Shown: positions 20,319-29,292, counted from the first letter of the stretch. The stretch is DNA of 64,000 nt from Candidatus Omnitrophota bacterium (GCA_037146775.1 JBAWWL010000004.1:86471-150470), one strand, 5' to 3'. Numbers and translations: made by a program. Notes: generated by a model from the letters alone, not told the origin.

Positions 20319-20945
20319 TTATTGGCGAGAAACGTTAACTTTTTTTTCGAATCGTTCCCAGCCACCCCTTAAACTGATCAAGAAAGATATGCAGATTAGT
20401 TTTAAATCTAAAAGAAAATTAAATTTCTTAATATATTCCAAATCATATTTTAGTTTCTCTTCGACATCGGTATCGTGTTTACCGTTGACCTGGGCTAAGC
20501 CGGTTAAACCCGGCCGCATTGCGTGCCGATCAGCGTATCTTGGCACGGTTTTAATAAACTTTTCGACAAAAAAAATGCGTTCCGGCCTTGGCCCAACAAC
20601 ACTCATATCCCCTTTTAAAATATTGAGAAGTTGTGGAGATTCATCCATTGCACTCGCACGTAGAATTTTGCCTAATTTAGTTACTCGCGCATCCTCCGGC
20701 CTCGACCATACGGGCCCGGTCTCTTTTTCGGCATGCTTTATCATCGACCGAAATTTAAGGTGCCGGTAAATTTTACCGTCCTTACCTACCCGTTCATCGG
20801 TAAAAAAAATCGGCCGGCCATCTTCGAGTATAATGGCAAACACGATCAATATCCACAAGGGCAACGCAATAATTATCCCTGTTATGGAAAAAACCACATC
20901 AAACAACCGTTTTATTTTAAGCTGAATGAGCCTATTCTGTACCAT
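20319..20945 (-). CDS. Initiating sugar-phosphate transferase (PglC/WcaJ C-terminal domain family)
   Basis: IKRLFD, KFRSM, DESPQLLNILKGDMSVVGPRPE, PGLTGLAQVNG. Confidence 0.93.
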   Translation of the reverse strand: MVQNRLIQLKIKRLFDVVFSITGIIIALPLWILIVFAIILEDGRPIFFTDERVGKDGKIYRHLKFRSMIKHAEKETGPVWSRPEDARVTKLGKILRASAMDESPQLLNILKGDMSVVGPRPERIFFVEKFIKTVPRYADRHAMRPGLTGLAQVNGKHDTDVEEKLKYDLEYIKKFNFLLDLKLICISFLISLRGGWERFEKKVNVSRQ

Positions 20946-21437
20946 GATCTTGCTGTTTCTTTCGGTTCCGCGTAAAACTCCACTACATTATACGCACTCA
21001 ATAAAAAACGTATCTCGCCAATATTAATCGTGCCTCGTAATCGGCTCATTTTGCGTAAAGAACCTCTCTCTACGCAAATTTTAACGCGAAGGCACTCCAT
21101 GAACGCGGCCACAATATCTAAATTCATCCGCCGAAGACGGATAAATATTATCTTATACTAATATTAATTTATTAGCAACGAATTTATATAAATATGGCCG
21201 CAAAAATGTGCCCTATTCGTTTCCCGCATAAGGAAGAAAACGCTAAAGCTCTCTACGCGGCAGCCGCAAATAGATATTCATGTCTTTGTTTTACGAGAAC
21301 CTTAGTGGAGGTGCTGGCAGGGTCACGTTACGGTATTGAGCGATGCGCTGAATAGCCGGCTTTTCTGGTCCGGATGTGGATAGACAAGTAACGTTACTCT
21401 TAGGATGTACGATGAATTTGCATTCCACTATAGGAGG

Positions 21438-21827
21438 CTATTCTCCTCTTCTTTCTCCTATAATATTAGATATCTCTTCAAAATTAATCTCTTTTCTAGA
21501 ACCATCGTCGCAGCCTGACTTAACTATATAGCGGGAGTTGTTTTGTTCTGCATAAACGATATATTGGCCGTCTTTAGAAAAAATGGCGAATGTTTCTCTA
21601 ATAGACGGGGTACGAGTAATCTGTTTGGTCTCGCGCCCATCCAGCTTTTCCATCCAGATATCATTGTTCTTTTCTACAAGCCTGTATTCGCCGTGAGTAT
21701 CCAAAAGTTCATAGTCTGCTTCCCCGGAAACTATGGAAATAGTTGCATGCTCCGCTAACCCAGACAGACCGCTGATCACTAATAGCAAAAAAACTCTGTG
21801 CTTAAATTTATTGGCTATCCTTTGCAT
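21438..21827 (-). CDS. Small exported hypothetical protein with TolB/PD40-like repeat
   Basis: Strong RBS (AGGAGG), signal-peptide-like N-terminus, NDIW...QIT...AIFSKDGQYIVY. Confidence 0.6.
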   Translation of the reverse strand: MQRIANKFKHRVFLLLVISGLSGLAEHATISIVSGEADYELLDTHGEYRLVEKNNDIWMEKLDGRETKQITRTPSIRETFAIFSKDGQYIVYAEQNNSRYIVKSGCDDGSRKEINFEEISNIIGERRGE

Positions 21828-21872
21828 TTTACTACCTCCTATATGCCACGGTCTTTATCTTTGGAACGTATA

Positions 21873-22553
21873 TTATTTGTTTATTTTTTGTTCCCCTTTT
21901 ATATAAATAATGCCCATTCCAAAACCATCTTGTTGGGAATTATTGATCAATTCTGTATATTCGTAATCTTTCTTGATTTCTTGCCAAAACTTCGGCACCC
22001 CTCCGACATTACTATAAGTAGCAACCCCATACCGAGTGCGAAAATCATTGACAATATCGTGAAAAACGATCATACCGCCCGGCCTCACAAGACGAAAATA
22101 GCACAAGAAATCAAGCTTGACACCCTCGTAACTGTGATCGCCATCTATAAATAGAAAATCGATAGAAGACGGAAAAAAATTTTCTACTTGCTTCACTGTC
22201 GAACTCGCGTGAGAATCCGCTTCAAGCAAAATAACGTTATGGCCGGCGGGAATGTGGGCATATATTGTATCTTTGCCGTCAGGAAATTTTATATCAATAC
22301 CTACCATGGTCGCACCTGGCGTGGCTAACTCTGCGAAGCGAAACAGTAATCTACCCCTGGATGTCCCTATTTCTAAAATATTTTTTGGCCGAAGATCCTT
22401 TAACGCCAAGAGCAACCTGTCTATTTCTTCCTTGATTTGATTACCGTATTGTCCGCGGTTTCCATATTGCTGGTATCGCTGGTCCAACCGGAATGCGGCG
22501 GCGGTAGAAAACTTAGAAATAATTCGTTGTGCGTATTGAATATATCTTTTCAT
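21873..22553 (-). CDS. Class I SAM-dependent methyltransferase (Methyltransf_24-like, sugar O-methyltransferase candidate)
   Basis: ILEIGTSRG, IDFLFIDGDHSYEGVKLD, GGMIVFHD; ATG at 22553 preferred over upstream TTG. Confidence 0.85.
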   Translation of the reverse strand: MKRYIQYAQRIISKFSTAAAFRLDQRYQQYGNRGQYGNQIKEEIDRLLLALKDLRPKNILEIGTSRGRLLFRFAELATPGATMVGIDIKFPDGKDTIYAHIPAGHNVILLEADSHASSTVKQVENFFPSSIDFLFIDGDHSYEGVKLDFLCYFRLVRPGGMIVFHDIVNDFRTRYGVATYSNVGGVPKFWQEIKKDYEYTELINNSQQDGFGMGIIYIKGEQKINK

Positions 22554-22875
22554 GTTGTCCACAAATTTCTTTTTAAACAACTCCTTACTTAGAAAACCAG
22601 GATAATCAATAGCCTTGCCTTGGAAATCCAAGACAAAAAGAGTACTACTTTGCAAGTTTTGGTTTGCCGTCTACGCCCAGCTTCCTCATCAATTTAAAAT
22701 TACCTCGCGCTATCACGCTCATGGATTAACTGTAGGTGAGCAGGAAATGCGTTTTTGAATAACTGCTTTATTGTCCGTGGGCTAAATGATAATAACGCGG
22801 CTGTAAAAACGGATATAATAAAATTATACCCATATTCCAGACACTAATTTTTGTGTAATTATTCCAAATGATAGT

Positions 22876-23865
22876 CTATTCCATTATTCTACATCTATTC
22901 TTTGCCGTTACCGTTAACATACTTTTTATGTATCTGTAAATCGGTTTTATTGAATAATAAAGTTTGGTGCCTAAAAAATTCTTGATCCTATTCTTTATAA
23001 TATGCATTTTTATGACGTCGTAAAATGTCTGTTTTTCTGTTTTAGTGAAAAAATCGTCGACAAAATTATTAAGCACTTTTCGTGTGGATTCCTGGTTGAA
23101 CCACATTGTTTTCATGTGTGAAATAAGCCACTGTCTATCTTGTTCTCCGCTAAATTGATCAAAAAATGCCAAGTGGACATCGCCCCTATCCTTTAATAAT
23201 CTGCATGAACCCATCCACCACAATAAGAATGTGGAACAATCATAATACTGCCCCGAAGTTTTTGCAGTTACTATTTGTTTTTTAGATACATACACCTCTT
23301 TGCTTGATTCATACATATCAACCAAATATGGAAAATGAGGATAACTATTCGCGAGATTGGCATAGGCGGACTCAATATTATTTTGAAACTTTTTGGTTTT
23401 AAATATATTGCATGGCAAAAAACTGCCAAATTTGAAATAATGATAGCCTTTTTCCATTAATTGTTTAGGTGTTAATTTTTCTCCGCCGTGGTTCCAGCCG
23501 GATGGGTGTGCTCCAACATGAATTAGATCTATTGCCCCTTCTTCGATAATTGCCGAAATATCTCCGATATCTTTCGGATCTAAATAATCATCGTCGCACA
23601 AAACCCATGTGTACAAAGATGAGCTCATCTCTATGGCTCTTACACAGTTTGCCCCCGCACCTATATTACATTTATGCGAAACTAAATTAAAATCTGCAAA
23701 ACTTTTCTTAAATTGACCGCACACGGACTCTGTATCATCTGTAGAGCAATTATTAAGCACTGTTATTTTGCAGTCCTTCAATGAGATATCCGTCAATGAA
23801 TTTAAGATATTTTTTAAAAATCCCGATCTATTATAAGTAATAATATATATTTCCAGATTTTTCAT
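22876..23865 (-). CDS. Glycosyltransferase family 2
   Basis: IITYNR, LNNCSTDDT, NIGAGAN, WVLCDDD. Confidence 0.88.
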   Translation of the reverse strand: MKNLEIYIITYNRSGFLKNILNSLTDISLKDCKITVLNNCSTDDTESVCGQFKKSFADFNLVSHKCNIGAGANCVRAIEMSSSLYTWVLCDDDYLDPKDIGDISAIIEEGAIDLIHVGAHPSGWNHGGEKLTPKQLMEKGYHYFKFGSFLPCNIFKTKKFQNNIESAYANLANSYPHFPYLVDMYESSKEVYVSKKQIVTAKTSGQYYDCSTFLLWWMGSCRLLKDRGDVHLAFFDQFSGEQDRQWLISHMKTMWFNQESTRKVLNNFVDDFFTKTEKQTFYDVIKMHIIKNRIKNFLGTKLYYSIKPIYRYIKSMLTVTAKNRCRIME

Positions 23866-23915
23866 GTCTACCTTAGGCTAAAATTAGTATAAAGAAACGT
23901 GCCATTTGAAATATT

Positions 23916-25619
23916 TCACTTTATAGGTTCCATATCGGCGATCGAGGATTTAAACTTGATCTTAGGATAAACATTCAAAAAAATAGGTATCTCGACATTA
24001 AGCAGGGTCGGTGATAAAGGATCTCGCCAAAGCCACGCCAAGGCATTTTCTATTTCGGCGCGTTTTTGGATAGTTTTAGCAGCGATATTATACGCTGCTG
24101 ATATTTTTACAAAGTCCGGAGAGGTATATCCTACATGGGTTGCCGAATATCTCTTTGCAAAATATTCGTCTTGGAATTGACGGACCATGCCTAAGCAATG
24201 ATTATTGATAATTATCATTTTTAAAGGCAGGTTATTTCTTCTGACAGTTTCGAGTTCTTGAATATTCAACTGGAAACCCCCATCTCCAGCAATAAGAACT
24301 ACCGGTTTTTTAGGCATCGCGAAAGCCATACCAATAGCTGCGGGTAAGCCAAATCCCGTAGACCCCATCCCGCCGCTCGTCAAGAATCTCTGTTTTTCCT
24401 TAAGCTCAATAGACTGAGCTGCCCACATCTGATGTTGTCCGACATCTACCGCATATCCGACACAGGAACCGCTAAAACGCGAGATTATATGCATAAGCTG
24501 ATTCGGATTGATTTCGCCGCCACCGCAAGAAAGTTCTTTCGTGTCAGGATACTTTTTACGCCACTCCTTGATCTTCAATCTCCACTCATCAATACCGCTT
24601 TTTCTGGTTCCATTAATATTGCGTGTAGCTGAATTGAAAAATATCTTGAGATCGCAACAAAATATCTCACAGCGTTTCACGCGATTATTCAACTGGTTTT
24701 TATCGCAATCAATCTGAAAAATATCTTTATTTTCCCGAAATGCATTGGCATCTGATCCGGTCTGTCTGCTATCCAGACGGCTTCCTAAAACTAATAAACA
24801 ATCTGTCTCCTTGACAGCGAGATTCGCATATCTGTTACCATAAGAGCCTATCATTCCAACCCGGTTCGGATGTCCGTATGGTAAGACGTCCGCACCCATA
24901 AGACTATTAACGACGGGGATGTCGACTTTCTCTATCCACTTGAGAAAAAGATTCCTACTTCGAGAAGCTTGTATGCCACCCCCCACTAAAACCAAGGGTT
25001 TCTTTGATTTTGACAATTTTCTGTACATTTTATGTGTAAATTTTTCAAGAGCTTCGGAAAAATTATTTTTTGATTCTGGCAACTGTACATAGCTTTTTCC
25101 CGTCTCTTTTTGTTGAACATCTATAGGTATATCTATAAGAACTGGCCCTGGCCGGCCTTCCTTTGCCAACCAGAATGCTTTTTCTAGAACCCAAGAAATT
25201 TTACTGGTCTTATCAACCATCCAAGCACCTTTTACGATCGGCTTAACTATCGAAATAATATCCGCCTCCTGGAATCCCTGCTGTCTAACTCCGCTGGAAC
25301 CTTTAAAATCTTTTGTGCTAACCTGACCGGTTATAAAAACTACCGGGGAAGAATCAAAATAACAACTACCGATACCTGTGATAAGGTTTGTAGCTCCAGG
25401 ACCTGACGTTGCCATTGCAACTCCTGGCCGACCGGTCAATCTGGCATAAGCTTCAGCCGCAAAAGCCGCGGCCTGTTCATGATGCATAGAAATAAAGTTG
25501 ATTTTACCATGACGATAAATGGAGTCTACCAGGAAAGCGATCATGCCGCCAGTCATACCAAATATGACTCTTGTATTATTTCGAGAAAAAAAACGAGCCA
25601 GATAATCACTAGCTATCAT
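23916..25619 (-). CDS. ThDP-dependent acetolactate-synthase-like enzyme (YerE-type branched-sugar carboligase candidate)
   Basis: MHHEQAAAFAA, TSGPGATN, DVGQHQMW, GDGGFQLN..NN ThDP motif; located in a sugar-nucleotide locus with no ilvN/ilvC. Confidence 0.85.
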   Translation of the reverse strand: MIASDYLARFFSRNNTRVIFGMTGGMIAFLVDSIYRHGKINFISMHHEQAAAFAAEAYARLTGRPGVAMATSGPGATNLITGIGSCYFDSSPVVFITGQVSTKDFKGSSGVRQQGFQEADIISIVKPIVKGAWMVDKTSKISWVLEKAFWLAKEGRPGPVLIDIPIDVQQKETGKSYVQLPESKNNFSEALEKFTHKMYRKLSKSKKPLVLVGGGIQASRSRNLFLKWIEKVDIPVVNSLMGADVLPYGHPNRVGMIGSYGNRYANLAVKETDCLLVLGSRLDSRQTGSDANAFRENKDIFQIDCDKNQLNNRVKRCEIFCCDLKIFFNSATRNINGTRKSGIDEWRLKIKEWRKKYPDTKELSCGGGEINPNQLMHIISRFSGSCVGYAVDVGQHQMWAAQSIELKEKQRFLTSGGMGSTGFGLPAAIGMAFAMPKKPVVLIAGDGGFQLNIQELETVRRNNLPLKMIIINNHCLGMVRQFQDEYFAKRYSATHVGYTSPDFVKISAAYNIAAKTIQKRAEIENALAWLWRDPLSPTLLNVEIPIFLNVYPKIKFKSSIADMEPIK

Positions 25620-25800
25620 ATTCGTAATCCATTTTCAAAATAGAAATTTAACGGTAATTCATTGATAAGCTGCACAAAACCGCAGGCGCAACAATTATAA
25701 ACTTCTAGATTGATTGCGCAGTTAAACTTCAGTTCGCTTTTCTTTAGCAACCGGAAAATATTTCTTGATATATTGAATACGTTAATGCATGGGGTCGGTT
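25617..25800 (-). pseudogene. Possible N-terminal fragment of a Zn-binding sugar C-methyltransferase
   Basis: Manual translation ...LEVYNCCACGFVQLINE... resembles the CxxCGxVQL motif; no intact start. Confidence 0.35.
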
Positions 25801-25846
25801 TTTTTTGAACCTCAAAGCCTGTATTCCCTCCGAACCCTATTCTTTC

Positions 25847-26767
25847 TCATGACGCTTTAAACCAATATACCGTCTTTTCTATACCTTCGTTCAATTCCAC
25901 TACAGGGATCCAACCCGAAGCACATTTTATTTTTCTGATATCTGCCTGTGCGTACATTGCCTGGTGCGTGTTATATTCAATAGCGCCATAATTGGGCTGA
26001 AGACGAGGATTTATCAGTTTTCGGAGTCGTTCTACAATCTTTTTTAACTGTGTGGCTTTACCTGAACCAAGATTAAATATCCCGGGAGTTTGATAATAAG
26101 CCACACTTAGAATTCCTTTAGCGGCATCATCGATGTATACATAATCTGCTGATTGTTTACACTTCGTAAGGCTGGGGGGTTTACCTTTAAACATTTCTCG
26201 AATAACATACGGTATCAACCAGTTAGGGTCTTGTCCCGGACCATAGATACCAAATAAGCGTAACCAGGAACCGATCATTCCATAAAACTGGCACAAACCA
26301 AGCCCTGACCAACAACAAGCTAATTTTACTTTCCCATAAACAGTGACTGGATTTGTCGGAAATAATTCATCTGTTTTCCTGTTGGGATCCCCATACTCGG
26401 AGCGTGAACCTATGCCAACCCATTGGCTACATCCTACTTCATGCGCAAATTTGACAGTACTTTGAGTTAAAGGTATATTATCCGTCACTTGGAATAATTG
26501 ATTTCTATCGTCTCCCGCCACTCCATGCCAAGCTAAATGAATTAAGGTTCTTGGTTTATATGCTTTAATTGCGGCGACTAAATTTTTATTTTTAAGTGTT
26601 TCATAGGTAAAAGACCGATATCCCTTAATATCCTTAATTCTATCTAAATTTGAAATAGTTCTTGTTAAAATGATGGGATTATTCCCGTCTTTAATAATCT
26701 GTTTTAACACAGCGGAACCTACAAAGCCGGTTGCCCCAGTTAATACTATCGTTTGTTTTTTTCGCAT
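25847..26767 (-). CDS. NAD-dependent epimerase/dehydratase (extended SDR; NDP-sugar reductase)
   Basis: LTGATGFVG, HLAW, YGKVK (YxxxK), RLFGIYGP. Confidence 0.9.
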   Translation of the reverse strand: MRKKQTIVLTGATGFVGSAVLKQIIKDGNNPIILTRTISNLDRIKDIKGYRSFTYETLKNKNLVAAIKAYKPRTLIHLAWHGVAGDDRNQLFQVTDNIPLTQSTVKFAHEVGCSQWVGIGSRSEYGDPNRKTDELFPTNPVTVYGKVKLACCWSGLGLCQFYGMIGSWLRLFGIYGPGQDPNWLIPYVIREMFKGKPPSLTKCKQSADYVYIDDAAKGILSVAYYQTPGIFNLGSGKATQLKKIVERLRKLINPRLQPNYGAIEYNTHQAMYAQADIRKIKCASGWIPVVELNEGIEKTVYWFKAS

Positions 26768-26779
26768 CTCATATTCGAT

Positions 26780-27050
26780 TTACCATTCTAAAATATTTTT
26801 AAACGACGCAATAACACAGTTTAACATTCCCTTGCTTAGGTTCGAATAAACTACTGCCCAAGCGTTCGGCGTACGCCCTTGTATGGCTCTCTCGGGTTAC
26901 CGACTTTTTTATATTTTACATCTTTATAAGGAGATTTGCATATAAGATTTCTGCCAAAAAGTAAACGGGTACCGATTTTATGGCTATTAAGAAATTGCAT
27001 CAGTCCATGTCAGTTTAAGGGCGACATTTCTTTTTTAACTAATTTATAAC
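26780..27050 (-). pseudogene. rfbH: 3' remnant of CDP-4-keto-6-deoxyglucose 3-dehydratase (RfbH/DdhC)
   Basis: Manual translation LMQFLNSHKIGTRLLFGRNL...YKDVKYKKVGN, then after a frameshift AWAVVYSNLSKGMLNCVI*, matching the RfbH C-terminus as recalled (KIGTRLLFAGN...FWIGVYPGL). Confidence 0.7.
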
Positions 27051-27584
27051 TTTCTCTTTCCGAATCACTTAATCTTTTCAGAATCCTTAATATCCTCTCT
27101 CGCCGCTGGCACCGACAATCAACCATGAGTTATAATAATTCCGTTTTCATTGTACCATTTTTAATCTAAACCTCAAACAAAGCTTCCAACGCTTTTTACT
27201 GCAGTAAATGTACTTGCCAAAAGATGTTTTTGGGGAATGGTTAAAGTAAAGATAAGTCGAGAAGATTAGTAAATACTCTCCACTGCAAGGTGGGGTTTTT
27301 CGAAATAGATTTCAAGAATGGTGGGGGAGAAATTTGTTATGCCTACCTGAGAAAATACTTGGAACAATAAAGACAACGGGTAGTCGTGGACGGCAGGCGA
27401 ACCCTATCCTTCGACTCGCTCCGCTCGCTCAGAACTTCGCAACCTATTAAAAACCGTTACTTATAAAAATTCATCGCAAACACAGCATGGATTGGCAAAC
27501 ATCCTTAGACTGCCCATTAACGATTGATCCTAAAATGCCCCCTCATTTTACTTCTTTTCATTTATTTTTACGGAGCAATAATCT

Positions 27585-28346
27585 CTACTTTTGAGAAATA
27601 ACAAGCGTCTCAAAATCCCCTGTCGTCAGCTTGTCGTTTCTTGAGTACGCCCCGAGCTTGGCGCCGAAAATATCGATTTTTTTATACCCCAGCGTCTTTA
27701 AAAGCCATGTGAGTTCACTTGGCACATAGTAGCGCTCGTTACAGGTTAATTCCTTTTTAGTTCCCGCATCGTCCTCGAACACGACGGTGTTGTGGTCCCG
27801 GAACGTCATTAGATCGAAGGAGCAATTTTTGCAGGCTGAATTGCCTTCTTTGGCCGCGGACTCATAAAATTCTTTGACGGAATGAAAAAGCGGAAATAAC
27901 CCGTTCAATGTCGTGAATATAAACTTGCCCTTATTTTTTAACGCCTTTGTCGCGCTTTTTAATATTTCAAAATTCATCTCATCCGTTTCCATTAAAGAAA
28001 AACCGCCCTCACAGAGCATGATCGCCAGATCGAACTCGCCTTCAAAGGGAAGGTCTCTGGCGTCATGTTTCTGAAAATCAATGTTCAGATCATGTTCTTT
28101 TGCTTTTTCCTTTGCCCTTATAAGCTGTGACTCGGATAAATCAACACCAGTTACGCTATATCCTCTTTTTGTCAATTCGATCGAATGGCGACCAGTGCCA
28201 CAACCGATGTCGATGATCTTTAGCGATTTATCCCGGCTTATTTCCTGCTCGATAAAATCACATTCGCCAACGGTCCCCTGGACAAAACATTCCTTGTCGT
28301 ATTTCTTGGCGTAATTTTCAAATAATGACTCGTACCACTGCTTCAT
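27585..28346 (-). CDS. Class I SAM-dependent methyltransferase
   Basis: IIDIGCGTGRH, VTGVDLS, DARDLPF; RBS AGGAG. Confidence 0.9.
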   Translation of the reverse strand: MKQWYESLFENYAKKYDKECFVQGTVGECDFIEQEISRDKSLKIIDIGCGTGRHSIELTKRGYSVTGVDLSESQLIRAKEKAKEHDLNIDFQKHDARDLPFEGEFDLAIMLCEGGFSLMETDEMNFEILKSATKALKNKGKFIFTTLNGLFPLFHSVKEFYESAAKEGNSACKNCSFDLMTFRDHNTVVFEDDAGTKKELTCNERYYVPSELTWLLKTLGYKKIDIFGAKLGAYSRNDKLTTGDFETLVISQK

Positions 28347-28428
28347 CGCTGACTCCTATTATTTTTAGGGTTCGCGTCCATGACAACTCAGATCAAAACC
28401 GTCACCTGTTCTCGTCGGACGGTTCACC

Positions 28429-28463
28429 AAAAAATTGGCGGATAGAGATTCTCCGTCATTTTT
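28429..28463 (-). terminator. Probable intrinsic terminator downstream of tRNA-Asp
   Basis: On minus strand TGACGGA...TCCGCCA stem followed by ATTTTTT. Confidence 0.5.
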
Positions 28464-28467
28464 AGAT

Positions 28468-28544
28468 CAATAGAGCAATAGAAAATAGACCGCAATTGAG
28501 CCTGAAGTCTATAGTTCTATTATCTATTGCTCAATTGCTCTGTT
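28468..28544. repeat. Imperfect octamer-repeat hairpin (CAATAGAG units / CTATTG-type units)
   Basis: caatagag caatagaa aatagaccg caattgag ... ctattg ctcaattg ctctg. Confidence 0.65.
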
Positions 28545-28565
28545 TTTTTACCGAAGGTGAAAAAA

Positions 28566-28641
28566 CGGGGACGAAGGGATTTGAACCCTCGGTCACCTGC
28601 GTGACAGGCAGGGGTCTTGAACCAGGCTAGACGACGTCCCC
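28566..28641 (-). tRNA. tRNA-Asp(GTC)
   Basis: Cloverleaf GGGGACG...CGTCCCC, anticodon arm CCTGC-CTGTCAC-GCAGG, GGTTCAAATCC; CCA not encoded. Confidence 0.95.
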
Positions 28642-28645
28642 AATA

Positions 28646-28765
28646 TCAGATGTCAGAGGCCGGAGGTCAGAGATCAGATAGCAATTGTATATGGGATTTG
28701 CTTATTGTCAACATTTTATCTCTTTTATTGTCTAACCTCTGTCTTCTGACGTCTGATTTCTGATT
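28646..28765. repeat. Inverted arrays of heptamers (TCAGAGG-type x5 / TCTGACx-type x5)
   Basis: tcagatg tcagagg ccggagg tcagaga tcagata ... tctaacc tctgtct tctgacg tctgatt tctgatt. Confidence 0.75.
28684..28711 (-). promoter_or_regulatory. Sigma70-type promoter for tRNA-Asp
   Basis: TTGACA-16 bp-TACAAT on the minus strand. Confidence 0.7.
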
Positions 28766-28770
28766 TTAAA

Positions 28771-28851
28771 TGGTGGTCGATACAGGACTTGTATGCAATC
28801 TCCGACGTAGTCGGAGCGCCGAAGGCAATTATTGCGTCCAAGTCAACATGT
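28771..28851 (-). repeat. Duplicated tRNA-Val 3' end with a hairpin insert in the T-loop
   Basis: 28771-28791 matches tRNA 28907-28927 at 20/21; insert 28792-28844. Confidence 0.75.
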
Positions 28852-28906
28852 TTTGTAAAAGCAGCTGCTTGTCTTGCTATCACAGATTTTCAAAGAAGCA
28901 AAAATA

Positions 28907-28983
28907 TGGTGGGCGATACAGGACTTGAACCTGTGACCTTTTCCATGTCAAGGAAACGCTCTAGCCAACTGAGCTAATCGCCC
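28907..28983 (-). tRNA. tRNA-Val(GAC)
   Basis: GGGCGAT...ATCGCCC-ACCA, anticodon arm TTTCC-TTGACAT-GGAAA, GGTTCAAGTCC. Confidence 0.96.
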
Positions 28984-29022
28984 AAATACGTTCAACGCCA
29001 AACGTTCGCCGTTGAACGTAAC

Positions 29023-29107
29023 TGCCGGGGGCGGGACTCGAACCCGCACGTCCCTCACGGGACAGCAGATTTTAAGTCTGCATTGTCTGCCATTCCAACA
29101 CCCCGGC
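29023..29107 (-). tRNA. tRNA-Leu(TAA)
   Basis: GCCGGGG...CCCCGGC-A, anticodon arm GCAGA-CTTAAAA-TCTGC, long variable arm, GGTTCGAGTCC. Confidence 0.95.
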
Positions 29108-29292
29108 ACGCACATCAAGGGGAACTTTCCCCTTGACACTACGCTCATGAGTAATTCCAGTGAAGCTAAAATCACTTCGTTGTCACCCCTGTAGCTCAAC
29201 CACAGAAGTGTTTTAGCGGTAACCGCTAAATCTTAATAAAATATTTTGTTTTTCGACTCAATGCTATTCGCCACATGTTATACGCTTTTAAA

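Noticed and set aside
23916-25619. Housekeeping acetolactate synthase ilvB
   Set aside because: No ilvN/ilvC neighbours; embedded among NDP-sugar genes
28424-28459. Leader peptide MTENLYPPIFW upstream of the methyltransferase
   Set aside because: No RBS; coincides with the hairpin better explained as the tRNA-Asp terminator
1-28566. Glycan locus as a tRNA-Asp-integrated genomic island
   Set aside because: No integrase and no duplicated tRNA-Asp 3' end seen within the window
28789-29199. Short ORFs 28789-28977, 28948-29199, 29012-29194 (and 55648-55848)
   Set aside because: They overlap tRNA genes; shadow ORFs
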